In this document: positions 1 to 8,760 of the stretch, piece by piece
Numbering within the stretch: the stretch's first letter is position 1
Layout of the letters: each line of letters starts with the position of its first letter
NCBI GenBank assembly: GCA_049323295.1
Contig: JBMOON010000017.1
Location: 258,724-322,723, forward strand
DNA length: 64,000 bases
Reading direction: 5' to 3'
DNA from: Pseudomonadota bacterium
GTDB lineage: Bacteria > Pseudomonadota > Gammaproteobacteria > Pseudomonadales > JADFDG01
Translations under genes and position numbers: made by a program
The notes under the pieces: generated by a model
What the model saw: the letters and a program-made list of their open reading frames with translations, nothing else
The model's database searches: none
What the model was told of the DNA's origin: nothing

Positions 1-602
1 GCAAACACCGCGTGATCGAAGCGGCGACCCAGCCACAGCGTCAGCAGGCCGGCGGCGGCCACCGCGGCAATGGCTGCATGACGGCCGATCAGGTCGTAAT
101 AGAGATGTGCGCCGTAGGCGGCCACGTAGAGGATCACGCTGCCGGCGGCCGGCAGCCAGGCGGCGTACTCGCGGCCGGCCCGGTCCTCGCGCGCCAGCCA
201 GAGCCCGGCGGCAATCAGTACGCCGGCGCCGAGTACGGCGAGGGCGATCTCGCGGGCCGGTGTGAGCCAGCCGCTGTCGTAGACCACGCGCAACAGGTAG
301 ACGGCAGCGAGCAGAAAGGCCGTGGCGGCACCGCCGGCCATCCAGCGCGCCGCGAGGTGGCCGTCGTCGGCATGGCTGCGGGCGGGCAGCGGCGTGCGCG
401 GCGCGGCGGCGGGTTTCGTCGCCGGCAGTGGCGCTGCCGGTCCGGTGGTGCCCGGGCCGGACGGGTTGCCGCTGCGTTCAAGTGACATCAGGCGCGCACC
501 GACCTGCTGGAACTGTGTGTCCATGCGCGCCAGCTCCGCTTCGATGCGTGCCAGCTGCGCGCGCAGTTCCTGCACGGCGCTTTCGTCCGGGGGCAGATTC
601 AT
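1..602 (-). CDS. membrane protein, N-terminal part (DUF2339-like); continues beyond the left edge
   Basis: Absent from the ORF track because it is open at position 1. The reverse-strand ATG at 602-600 gives MNLPPDESAVQELRAQLARIEAELARM (coiled coil), then a Pro/Ala linker and hydrophobic helices (AATAFLLAAVYLLRVVY, IALAVLGAGVLIAAGLWL, AGSVILYVAAYGAHLYY). Hand-translated, with the frame checked at three points. The family name is from memory. Confidence 0.55.
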   Translation of the reverse strand, partial: MNLPPDESAVQELRAQLARIEAELARMDTQFQQVGARLMSLERSGNPSGPGTTGPAAPLPATKPAAAPRTPLPARSHADDGHLAARWMAGGAATAFLLAAVYLLRVVYDSGWLTPAREIALAVLGAGVLIAAGLWLAREDRAGREYAAWLPAAGSVILYVAAYGAHLYYDLIGRHAAIAAVAAAGLLTLWLGRRFDHAVF

Positions 603-680
603 GGGCGATGCTCGTTCCGTGGTGCAAAAGCCGGTGCAATGGCCGGACAGACGTTAGCAGACGCCCCCGGAACCGCATAC

Positions 681-710
681 AAAAAAGGCCGCTGGTGCGG
701 CCCTTTTCTT
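681..710 (-). terminator. intrinsic terminator after the SDR gene (possibly bidirectional)
   Basis: AAAAAA-GGCCGC-TGGT-GCGGCC-CTTTTCTTTT. On the minus strand the 6-bp GC stem is followed by a U6 run, about 20 nt after the stop at 730. Confidence 0.7.
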
Positions 711-729
711 TTGCGGTTTGTTGCGTCTT

Positions 730-2127
730 TCAGGCACCGATCAGCGACTGGCCGCAGACCCGTACTACCTGGCCGGTGACGCCGTTGCTGGCCGGATTCG
801 CGTACCAGGCGATGGCTTCGGCGACGTCCAGCGGCAGGCCGCCCTGGCTCATCGAGTTCATGCGCCGGCCGGCTTCGCGGATGGTGAACGGGATCGCAGC
901 GGTCATCTGCGTTTCGATGAAGCCCGGCGCGACGGCATTGATGGTGACGTTCTTCGCCTTCAGTACCGGGGCCATCGATTGCACCATGCCGATCACGCCG
1001 GCCTTGGAAACGGCGTAGTTGGTCTGGCCGAGATTGCCGGCGATGCCGGAAATCGAGCTGACGCAGATCACGCGGCCGTTGGTCTTGATGGCATCGGCGG
1101 CGAGCAGGGCGTCATTGATGCGTTCTTCGCTCGACAGGTTGATGTTGATCACCATGTCCCAGAACTTGTCCGGCATGTTGCCCAGCATCTTGTCGCGGGT
1201 CACGCCGGCGTTGTGGACGACGATGTCGATGCCGCCGTGCGTTTTCTTCACGAAGTCGGCAATGGTGCCCGGCGCTGCCGGGTCGGTGATGTCGAGGGCG
1301 AGGGTGGAGCCGCCGAGGCGGTCGGCGACGGCTTTCAGTTCGGCGCCGGCCTGCGGGATGTCCAGGCAGATCACGTGGGCGCCGTCGCGGGCCAGCACGC
1401 CGGCGATCGCTTCGCCGATGCCGCGCGAGGCGCCGGTTACCAGGGCAGTCTTGCCGGCCAGCGGTTTCGTCCAGTCGGCGACGACGACATCGGCCTTGCC
1501 GACGCGTACGACCTGGGCGCACACGTAGGCCGACTTCGGCGACAGGAAGAAGCGCAGCGAGGACTCGAGGTTGGCCTCGGCACCTTCGGCGACGTAGATC
1601 AGCTGCGAGGTGCCGCCCTTCCTGATTTCCTTGCCCAGCGAACGCACCAGGCCTTCCAGGGCGCGTTGTGCCGTGGCCGTTTTCGGGTCGCTGCACTGTT
1701 CCGGCGGCCGGCCGATCACCAGCACGCGCGAGCAGACCGCCATCTTCTTCACCACCGGGTGGAAGAAGGTCCACAGCGCCTTCAGCTGTTCCGTGTTGCG
1801 GATGCCGCTGGCATCGAATACCAGACCCTTGAATTTCTGTTCCGATTCCTGCGCGCCGTCCCAGGTTTTCGCACTGCCGCCGAACGCGGCAGCAGCGCCT
1901 TCGCCACCCCGGGCATAGACGAACACTTCCGGCGCGCCGGTTTTCAGCACGCCCGCCACGGCACGCGCCACGGCGCCGTCGCCGGTGGCACCGACCAGCA
2001 CGGCACCGTTGATCAGGTGCGGCTGTTCCGGGTTGTAGCGTTCGAGGGCGATCGGCGTCGGCATGCCGAGCGAACCGAGCAGCGAGCGGCCGAACGAGGA
2101 ATTGGCAAACGCGGTGTAGCGATCCAT
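730..2127 (-). CDS. two-domain short-chain dehydrogenase/reductase (3-oxoacyl-ACP/CoA reductase-like)
   Basis: The C-terminal half carries the SDR motifs VTGASRGIG, NAG and S...YAVSK. The track ORF runs to 2460, but ATG 2127 (MDRYTAFANS) has GGAG upstream and the extension is Arg-rich junk. It is divergent from a thiolase gene, a common pairing. Confidence 0.9.
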   Translation of the reverse strand: MDRYTAFANSSFGRSLLGSLGMPTPIALERYNPEQPHLINGAVLVGATGDGAVARAVAGVLKTGAPEVFVYARGGEGAAAAFGGSAKTWDGAQESEQKFKGLVFDASGIRNTEQLKALWTFFHPVVKKMAVCSRVLVIGRPPEQCSDPKTATAQRALEGLVRSLGKEIRKGGTSQLIYVAEGAEANLESSLRFFLSPKSAYVCAQVVRVGKADVVVADWTKPLAGKTALVTGASRGIGEAIAGVLARDGAHVICLDIPQAGAELKAVADRLGGSTLALDITDPAAPGTIADFVKKTHGGIDIVVHNAGVTRDKMLGNMPDKFWDMVININLSSEERINDALLAADAIKTNGRVICVSSISGIAGNLGQTNYAVSKAGVIGMVQSMAPVLKAKNVTINAVAPGFIETQMTAAIPFTIREAGRRMNSMSQGGLPLDVAEAIAWYANPASNGVTGQVVRVCGQSLIGA

Positions 2128-2244
2128 GGCGGTATCTCCCGATTGATCCGGCGGGCGCCGGCGCAGTGCATGCAAGGACAGGAAAACCCGGTCGCACCGG
2201 ACCTTGCGGCCGGGCGCCGGGCGAACGGCGCGCATCATAAGGCG

Positions 2245-2258
2245 TGACTGATCGGTCA
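2245..2258. promoter_or_regulatory. 14-bp near-palindrome TGACTGATCGGTCA; candidate operator in the SDR/thiolase divergent intergenic region
   Basis: It differs by one base from the perfect palindrome TGACCGATCGGTCA at 16431-16444. It lies between the divergent starts at 2127 and 2396, immediately upstream of a TTGACC hexamer. Confidence 0.45.
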
Positions 2259-2395
2259 GGTATTGACCCGTACGGAGCGGACCCCGGTCACCCCGGCAAA
2301 CCTGCCGTGCCGCACGGCCTGTAAGATGCGCGCATCGGGAAACACCGTTGTTTCCCGCCTTCTTGCACTGCCCGTCCACTCGAGGAGTCCGAGTC

Positions 2396-3685
2396 ATGAG
2401 CCAGCAGATCCGTCGTGTCGCCATCCTGGGCGGCAACCGCATTCCGTTCGCCCGCTCCAACGGCGCCTATCTCGGCGTTTCCAACCAGGAAATGCTGGCA
2501 GCCGCCATCCAGGGCCTGGTCGACCGCTACAACCTGAAGGGCGAGCGTCTCGGCGAAGTGGCCGCCGGTGCGGTCATGAAGCACTCGCGCGACTTCAACC
2601 TCGTGCGCGAAGCGGTGCTCGACACCACGCTCGATCCGCACACCCCGGCCTACGACGTGCAGCAGGCCTGCGGTACCGGTCTGGAAGCGGCGATCCTGGT
2701 CGGCAACAAGATCGCGCTGGGCCAGGTCGAGTCGGCCGTTGCCGGCGGCGTCGACACCACGTCCGACGCGCCGATCGGCCTCAACGATTCGCTGCGCCGC
2801 AAGCTGATGGTCATCAACGCGCAGAAGACCAACCAGGACAAGGCGAAGAAGGCACTGGGCCTTCTTTCTTCCGACTGGTTCCGGCCGGACATCCCGAAAA
2901 ACGGCGAGCCGCGCACCGGCCTGGCGATGGGCGACCACGCGGCCATCACGGCAAAAGAATGGAACATTGCCCGCCAGGCACAGGATGAACTGGCCGTTGC
3001 CTCGCACCAGAACCTCGCGAAGAGCTACGCCGACGGCTGGCAGAAAGACCTGATGACGCCGTTCAAGGGTCTGGAAAAAGACAACAACATGCGCGGCGAT
3101 TCCAGAATGGAAAAACTCGCCACGCTGAAGCCGGTGTTCGGCGGTGCCGACGGCACCATGACCGCCGCCAACTCCACGCCGCTCACCGACGGCGCTTCTG
3201 CCGTGCTGCTGGGCAGCGAGGAATGGGCCGCGAAGAAGGGCCTGAAAGTACTGGCCTACCTGAAGGACGCGGAAACCGCTGCCGTCGATTTCACCGGCCG
3301 CAACGGCTACAAGGAAGGCCTGCTGATGGCGCCGGTCTATGCCGTGCCGCGTCTGCTGGCCCGCAACGGCCTGTCGCTGCAGGATTTCGATTACTACGAA
3401 ATCCACGAGGCCTTCGCTTCGCAGGTGCTGGCCACGCTGGCGGCCTGGGAAAACGAGAAGTTCTGCAAGGAGCGTCTGGGCCTGTCGAAGGCGCTGGGCA
3501 GCATCGACCGCAGCAAGCTGAACGTGAAGGGCAGCTCGCTGGCGGCCGGCCACCCGTTCGCTGCCACCGGCGGCCGCATCCTGGCCAATGCCGCCAAGCT
3601 GCTGAACGCCAAGGGCTCGGGCCGCGTGCTGATCTCCATCTGTGCCGCCGGCGGCCAGGGCGTGACGGCGATCGTCGAGAAATAA
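2396..3685 (+). CDS. acetyl-CoA C-acetyl/acyltransferase (thiolase)
   Basis: MSQQIRRVAILGGNRIPFARSNG, active-site Cys context QQACGTGLEA, and C-terminal CAAGGQG. The start was moved to ATG 2396, which sits behind GAGGAG. Confidence 0.93.
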   Translation: MSQQIRRVAILGGNRIPFARSNGAYLGVSNQEMLAAAIQGLVDRYNLKGERLGEVAAGAVMKHSRDFNLVREAVLDTTLDPHTPAYDVQQACGTGLEAAILVGNKIALGQVESAVAGGVDTTSDAPIGLNDSLRRKLMVINAQKTNQDKAKKALGLLSSDWFRPDIPKNGEPRTGLAMGDHAAITAKEWNIARQAQDELAVASHQNLAKSYADGWQKDLMTPFKGLEKDNNMRGDSRMEKLATLKPVFGGADGTMTAANSTPLTDGASAVLLGSEEWAAKKGLKVLAYLKDAETAAVDFTGRNGYKEGLLMAPVYAVPRLLARNGLSLQDFDYYEIHEAFASQVLATLAAWENEKFCKERLGLSKALGSIDRSKLNVKGSSLAAGHPFAATGGRILANAAKLLNAKGSGRVLISICAAGGQGVTAIVEK

Positions 3686-3703
3686 TCGACCGCCTGCACC
3701 GCG

Positions 3704-3732
3704 AAACGCCGCCTTCGGGCGGCGTTTTCGTT
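3704..3732 (+). terminator. intrinsic terminator after the thiolase gene
   Basis: AAACGCCGCC-TTCG-GGCGGCGTTT followed by TCGTT: a 10-bp stem with a tetraloop, 19 nt after the stop. Confidence 0.8.
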
Positions 3733-3812
3733 GGCGGGACCGGCGGGCTGCCGGGCCTGACGTATGCTCCTGCGGACGGCCCCTTCCGGGGCGGCATGCG
3801 CAGGGAGGCAAC

Positions 3813-5381
3813 ATGCTGTCACCGCAGCTGCACGCGTGGCTGGAAACACTGGCCGATCTCGCCCTGCTGGCGCTGGCGATCGTCCTGCTGTTGCTGGTGC
3901 TCACCCTCATCGGCATGTGGCTGCAGGACCGTTTCTTCCAGCAGGCGCATGCCATCCGCCGCAATTATCCGCTGCTCGGTCGCTTCCGCTATTTCTTCGA
4001 GCGGATGGGCGAGTTCTTTCGCCAGTATTTCTTCGCGATGGACCGCGAGGAGTTGCCGTTCAACCGCGCGCAGCGCGCGTGGGTCTACCGCGCCGCCAAG
4101 GATCTTTCGACGCTGGTACCCTTCGGTTCGACCAAAAGCATGCTGGCGCCGGGCCGGGTGATCTTCCTCAATTCGCCGTATCCGACACTGGACACCAACA
4201 AGGCGGAAACGCAGCCGTTGCTGATCGGTCCCCATGCACGGCAGCCGTATCTGGCGAAGTCGCTGCACAACATTTCCGGCATGAGCTACGGCGCGCTGTC
4301 GAAACCGGCCGTGCAGGCGCTGTCGCGCGGTGCGGCGAAAGCCGGTTGCTGGCTCAACACCGGCGAGGGCGGCCTCTCGCCCTGGCACCTGGAGGGCGGC
4401 GCCGACATCGTGTTCCAGATCGGCACCGCGCGCTACGGCGTGCGCGATGCCGGCGGCAACCTCAGCGACGACAAGTTGCGCGAGGTGGCGGCACATCCGC
4501 AGGTGAGGATGTTCGAGATCAAACTCAGCCAGGGCGCCAAGCCCGGCAAGGGCGGCATCCTGCCCGGCGGCAAGGTGACACCGGAAATCGCCGCCATCCG
4601 CGGCATTCCGGCAGGCGAGCCCTCGATCAGCCCCAACCGGCATCCGGACATCGGCGACAGCGGCGAGCTGCTCGACGCCATCGCCCGCGTGCGCGACGTC
4701 ACCGGCAAGCCCGTGGGCATCAAGCTGGTGATCGGCACCTCCAACTGGCTCGACGATTTTTTCCTCGAGATCCACCGGCGCGGCATCGAGTCGGCGCCGG
4801 ACTACATCTCGATCGACAGCGGCGACGGCGGCACCGGCGCGGCGCCGATGGCGCTGATGGACGACGTCGGCCTGCATCTGGCCGAGTCGCTGCCGCTGGT
4901 GGTGGACCTGCTTTGCGGCTACGGCCTGCGCGAACGCGTGCGCGTGGTGGCGGCCGGCAAGCTGATCACGCCCAACATGGTGGCCTGGGCGCTGACGCTG
5001 GGTGCCGATTTCTGCGTGTCGGCGCGCGGCTACATGTTCGCGCTGGGCTGTATCCAGGCCATGCAGTGCGACCGGAATACCTGCCCCACCGGCGTGACCA
5101 CGCACAATCCGCGACTGCAGCGCGGCCTGGTGCCGCTGGAGAAGGCGGAGCGGGTCTACCAGTTCCACCGGCATCTGGTGCACGAGGTGGAAGTCATCGC
5201 CCATGCCTGCGGCGTCGGCGAACCGCGCGAACTGCGCCGCCACCATGCGCGGATGGTTACCGGCGGCCCGCGTTCGGTACCGCTCAGCGAGATCTGGCCG
5301 CCGGTGGAAGCGGGCCTCTACCTGCGCCAGGGACGCCGTCCGGCAACCGGCAGCGGGCGTCCGGTGCCGCCGCCGGCGTGA
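3813..5381 (+). CDS. FMN-binding glutamate-synthase-family protein with N-terminal membrane anchor
   Basis: N-terminal TM helix (LALLALAIVLLLLVLTLIGMW), then GltB FMN-domain motifs: ISGMSYGALS, NTGEGG, KLSQGAKPGKGGILPG, DSGDGGTGAAP. GGAGG-like SD (cagggaggcaacATG). Confidence 0.85.
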   Translation: MLSPQLHAWLETLADLALLALAIVLLLLVLTLIGMWLQDRFFQQAHAIRRNYPLLGRFRYFFERMGEFFRQYFFAMDREELPFNRAQRAWVYRAAKDLSTLVPFGSTKSMLAPGRVIFLNSPYPTLDTNKAETQPLLIGPHARQPYLAKSLHNISGMSYGALSKPAVQALSRGAAKAGCWLNTGEGGLSPWHLEGGADIVFQIGTARYGVRDAGGNLSDDKLREVAAHPQVRMFEIKLSQGAKPGKGGILPGGKVTPEIAAIRGIPAGEPSISPNRHPDIGDSGELLDAIARVRDVTGKPVGIKLVIGTSNWLDDFFLEIHRRGIESAPDYISIDSGDGGTGAAPMALMDDVGLHLAESLPLVVDLLCGYGLRERVRVVAAGKLITPNMVAWALTLGADFCVSARGYMFALGCIQAMQCDRNTCPTGVTTHNPRLQRGLVPLEKAERVYQFHRHLVHEVEVIAHACGVGEPRELRRHHARMVTGGPRSVPLSEIWPPVEAGLYLRQGRRPATGSGRPVPPPA

Positions 5382-5436
5382 CGGCAACGCCGTGTCTGCG
5401 GCAGGATAGGCGACCCCCGTCAGTCGTATCCCGTCC

Positions 5437-5946
5437 ATGTCCGGCCTCGCACTCACCGCGGAACAGATTGCATTCGTCACCGGCGGTGACGGCGGCATCT
5501 CGATCACCGTTTCCGCGCGCGATGCGCGCCGCGTGCCGTCACTGATGAAGGCGCTGGGCTGCCGTGTTGCCGCCGACGGCAAGCGCATCTCGCTGCTGTT
5601 GGAGGCGCACGCCGCGCGCCAGTTGCTGGCCGACGTTGTCGCCACGCGGCAGGTGGCTGCCGTGTTCTCGCTGCCCCGCACGCACCGCACGCTGCAGCTG
5701 AAAGGGGATGAGGCGGTGGTCGGCGAGCTGCAGACCGGCGACCGTGAACTGATCGTGCATCATGCCGAAGCCTTTGCTGCCAGTCTGGTACCGCTGGGCT
5801 ACCGCCGGGAGTTCGCGCTGGCGGTGCACGGTGTCATGCCCGGTGCCGAACTGTGTGCACTGACTTTCACCGTGCGCGATGCGTTTGCCCAGACCCCGGG
5901 ACCGGGCGCCGGCGTGCGCCTGCCGCGTCCGGAGGGCAGCGCATGA
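5437..5946 (+). CDS. small hypothetical protein, possibly a PNPOx-like split-barrel fold
   Basis: 169-aa ORF with balanced composition. Its stop overlaps the next start (ATGA at 5943-5946). The fold assignment is only a guess from length and pattern. Confidence 0.6.
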   Translation: MSGLALTAEQIAFVTGGDGGISITVSARDARRVPSLMKALGCRVAADGKRISLLLEAHAARQLLADVVATRQVAAVFSLPRTHRTLQLKGDEAVVGELQTGDRELIVHHAEAFAASLVPLGYRREFALAVHGVMPGAELCALTFTVRDAFAQTPGPGAGVRLPRPEGSA

Positions 5947-7298
5947 GCCAGGGCATGACGACGCTGTGCCTGGATTCGTTGCGCGCCTGCTTCGAGGGTG
6001 CCGTGCCTTCGATGCTCGCCACCTGCGATCCGGCCGGCGTACCCAACGTGACCTACGTGTCGCAGGTGCACTACGTCGACGAGCAGCACGTCGCGCTGTC
6101 ATTCCAGTTCTTCAACAAGACCCGCGAGAACATCCTCGCCAATCCGCAGGCGACGGTGCTATTGATCCATCCGGATACCGCAGCCTTCTACCGTCTTGCG
6201 CTGTTGTACCGGCGCACCGAAACCGAGGGTCCGCTGTTCGAAAGCATGAAGGCGAAACTCGCGGGCATCGCCTCGCAGACCGGCATGAGCGGCGTGTTCC
6301 GCCTGCAGGGCTCGGATGTTTACCAGGTGCTCGACATCGAACCGGTGCCCGGCGCGCCGGCGGCGGCCCTGCCGGCGCCGCGCAGCCGGCTGACGGCGCT
6401 GCGCGCGCTGTTGCCGGCGATCTCCGCCAGTACGGACCTGGGCGCGTTGCTGGAGCGCACGCTCTCCGGTCTGGCAACGCACTTCGGGATCGGCCACGCG
6501 ATGATCCTGTTCGTCGACGGCGAGAAGCTGTACACGGTCGCCAGCCGCGGCTATGCCGAATCCGGCATCGGTTCGGAGTTCCCGCTCGGGCGCGGCGTGA
6601 TCGGCGTCGCCGCGCAGCACCGCACGCCGATCCGCATCCAGCACATGGCTTCCGAATACGCCTACAGCCGCGCCATCCGCGAGCACGCGGAGAGCGCCGG
6701 CCTCACCGACCTGCTGGAAACGGAAATCCCGTTCCCCGGCCTGCGCGAGCCGCACAGCCAGCTGGCGGTGCCGGTGCTGGCTGCCGGTCGTCTGCTCGGC
6801 GTGCTGCACGTCGAGGCAGCCGAGCCCTGGCGATTCAGCTGGGAAGACGAAGATGCGCTGGTGGCCGTTGCCGCGTTGCTCGGCGAAGCGGCACTCGCCA
6901 CCCAGCAGGCGGCGGAAAACCTGGACGAAACGACGCCGGGCGGCGACATGCGTGTCGCCGACACGGCGACCGGTGCGCCGCTGGCCGTGCGTCGCTACAC
7001 GCAGAACGACAGTGTTTTTCTCGGCGACGACTACCTGATCAAGGGTGTCGCCGGCGCCATCCTGTGGCGCCTGCTCGACCTGCACGTACGCGACAAGCGC
7101 TGTGATTTCAGCAACCGCGAGCTGCGGCTCGACCGCTCGCTGAAACTGCCGGACATCGACGACAACCTCGAGGCCCGGCTCATCCTGCTGCAGAAGCGGC
7201 TCGCGGAACGCGATCGGGGCATCGCCATCGAGAAGACGGGCCGCGGCCGCTTCCGGCTGGTCGTGCGCCGGCCGCTGCTGCTGCAGGAAGTGCGCTGA
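5943..7298 (+). CDS. PNPOx-like (FMN split-barrel) - GAF - C-terminal helical/wHTH-like domain sensor protein
   Basis: The N-terminus (VPSMLATCDPAGVPNVTYVSQVHYVDEQHVALSFQFFNKTRENILANPQATVLL) looks like the pyridoxamine-5-phosphate-oxidase family. The middle is GAF-like (GHAMILFVDGEKLY...GRGVIGVAA...LAVPVLAAGRLLGVLHVE). The C-terminal roughly 110 aa is unassigned. The start was moved to ATG 5943, coupled to the upstream stop. Confidence 0.8.
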   Translation: MSQGMTTLCLDSLRACFEGAVPSMLATCDPAGVPNVTYVSQVHYVDEQHVALSFQFFNKTRENILANPQATVLLIHPDTAAFYRLALLYRRTETEGPLFESMKAKLAGIASQTGMSGVFRLQGSDVYQVLDIEPVPGAPAAALPAPRSRLTALRALLPAISASTDLGALLERTLSGLATHFGIGHAMILFVDGEKLYTVASRGYAESGIGSEFPLGRGVIGVAAQHRTPIRIQHMASEYAYSRAIREHAESAGLTDLLETEIPFPGLREPHSQLAVPVLAAGRLLGVLHVEAAEPWRFSWEDEDALVAVAALLGEAALATQQAAENLDETTPGGDMRVADTATGAPLAVRRYTQNDSVFLGDDYLIKGVAGAILWRLLDLHVRDKRCDFSNRELRLDRSLKLPDIDDNLEARLILLQKRLAERDRGIAIEKTGRGRFRLVVRRPLLLQEVR

Positions 7299-7301
7299 GT
7301 T

Positions 7302-7745
7302 TCAGTCCGGCTGGCGCAGCACGTTCCAGGTGAACATCAGTACCGATGCCATCACCAGGATCGAAGTCGTGGCCATCACGGGTTCCACGCCCTGGTTGCC
7401 GGTCAGCATGAAGTAGCCGAGCGCGACCATCATCGGCGGCAGCGCGAGGTTGTGCAGCCAGAACTGGGTCTTCGCGAGCCGCGAGGTGGCTGCCGCCGGG
7501 AACGCGCGGTAGCAGAAACCGATCAGTGCCAGCGACACCCAGCCCAGCAGGTTCAGGTGCGCGTGCACCGGCATCAGGCGGTGATCGTGGGTGGCGCCCA
7601 TGAACACGCCGATGCCGACCGCGACGGCGAAATAGACGACGGCGACGCGCAGCCAGCGGTTGGCGGCGACGACCGCCGCGGTTTCCGGATTGAAGCGCTG
7701 TTGATCGCGGATGTCGGCGGTGGCCGACGTGCTGTGGGTGGACAT
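7302..7745 (-). CDS. small 4-TM membrane protein with an H-D-H-R-x4-H-x-H motif (paralog A)
   Basis: 147 aa with four hydrophobic helices and the motif ATHDHRLMPVHAHLNLLGW. A GGAGG SD lies 5 nt upstream, and the gene sits 36 nt downstream of the hemerythrin-like gene. It is clearly paralogous to 10096-10521. Confidence 0.85.
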   Translation of the reverse strand: MSTHSTSATADIRDQQRFNPETAAVVAANRWLRVAVVYFAVAVGIGVFMGATHDHRLMPVHAHLNLLGWVSLALIGFCYRAFPAAATSRLAKTQFWLHNLALPPMMVALGYFMLTGNQGVEPVMATTSILVMASVLMFTWNVLRQPD

Positions 7746-7781
7746 GTAACCTCCGTGCGGGTGGTGAGGAACGGGTGGTGT

Positions 7782-8504
7782 TCAGGCCATGCCGACATAA
7801 TCGGTGGGCCGGAATTCGAGGCCGAGTGCGGCCGCCAGCTGTTGCCGCTGGCCGGCATCGAGCAGCGGCAACAGACCGGCAAGCGTGTCGGCGAATTGCG
7901 CTGCCGGCTGCCGTGCCTGCAGGCCGGCGACCAGTCCGGCGCGTTCGCCGGCGGTCAGGTTGGGCAGCATCCAGCGCAGCGACAGCCCTTTCTCCTGCGG
8001 CGTGATGTCGGCATGGATGGCCTGTTCGAGGGCGCGCAGCTCGTCGTCGGAATGCGTTTCCCACAACAGCCGGTTGTGTTCGCGCTCTTCCAGTGCCATG
8101 TGTTCCAGTTCGCCGGCCACCAGGCGGGAGAAATCGTGGTGGAGGCGGGTGGCCAGCGCGGCACGACGCAGTTGCGGCAGGTGTTCCAGGCGGAAGGCGA
8201 TGGCCAGCAGCTCGTCGATCTCCCGTTCCTGGCGGGCGTGGTCGCCGGCGGCCGTGCGCGTGCTGCCCGGCCGGCGGGCTTCCAGGGCCGGGTGCAGGAA
8301 ACGGTTTTCCAGTTCTCGGTGGCGCTGCAGCATGGCCAGCGTTTCGCGCAGGTCGGCCAGCAGGTTGCCGGTGTCCTGCGGGTCGCTGCCGTCGCAGCGG
8401 CCGGCGGCGACCAGGGTGGCGCACAGCCGGGCGCGCAGCGCCTTGTGGATGCGGGTGTAGGGATCGATGCGGCCGGTATCGGCGGCAGCGGCAACAACGG
8501 ACAT
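7782..8504 (-). CDS. hemerythrin-like (HHE cation-binding) domain protein
   Basis: Repeated His/Glu ligand contexts typical of hemerythrin-like di-iron domains: RIHKALR, HRELENRFLHPALE, HARQEREIDEL, EHMALEEREHN. Confidence 0.8.
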   Translation of the reverse strand: MSVVAAAADTGRIDPYTRIHKALRARLCATLVAAGRCDGSDPQDTGNLLADLRETLAMLQRHRELENRFLHPALEARRPGSTRTAAGDHARQEREIDELLAIAFRLEHLPQLRRAALATRLHHDFSRLVAGELEHMALEEREHNRLLWETHSDDELRALEQAIHADITPQEKGLSLRWMLPNLTAGERAGLVAGLQARQPAAQFADTLAGLLPLLDAGQRQQLAAALGLEFRPTDYVGMA

Positions 8505-8760
8505 GGGGGTCTTCCTGGCGGTCGTGATGACCGGTAGCCGGCATCATCGGCATTCCCGCCCGGGTCGTTCGGCAAAAGTCCGCTAAACAAACCCTAAAAC
8601 TTCCCTAAGGCCGCCCGGACCGGAAAACGACCGTTCATCCGCGATATGCGTGAACTGCTTCGCAGTATCAGGAATCCGGAGGCTGTACTGGGCACGTCGC
8701 TACTATCTTGGACCTGCAACTACGAAGTTCGGCGTATCGGAAGACGCCGGAGGTGGATGG

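Noticed and set aside
2288-3964. A long ORF (558 aa) antisense to the thiolase gene. Similar long ORFs occur at 718-2247(+), 3819-5690(-), 10850-12898(-), 16551-18638(-), 38024-40579(-), 40883-43528(-), 49918-52668(+), 58589-61144(-) and 61014-63458(-).
   Set aside because: Their translations are Arg/Ala/Gly/Pro/His-rich and low-complexity. They lie opposite or out of frame to genes with unmistakable conserved motifs (thiolase, plsB, nirB, nasA, glnD, rseP, bamA). Stop-codon depletion in very GC-rich DNA explains them.
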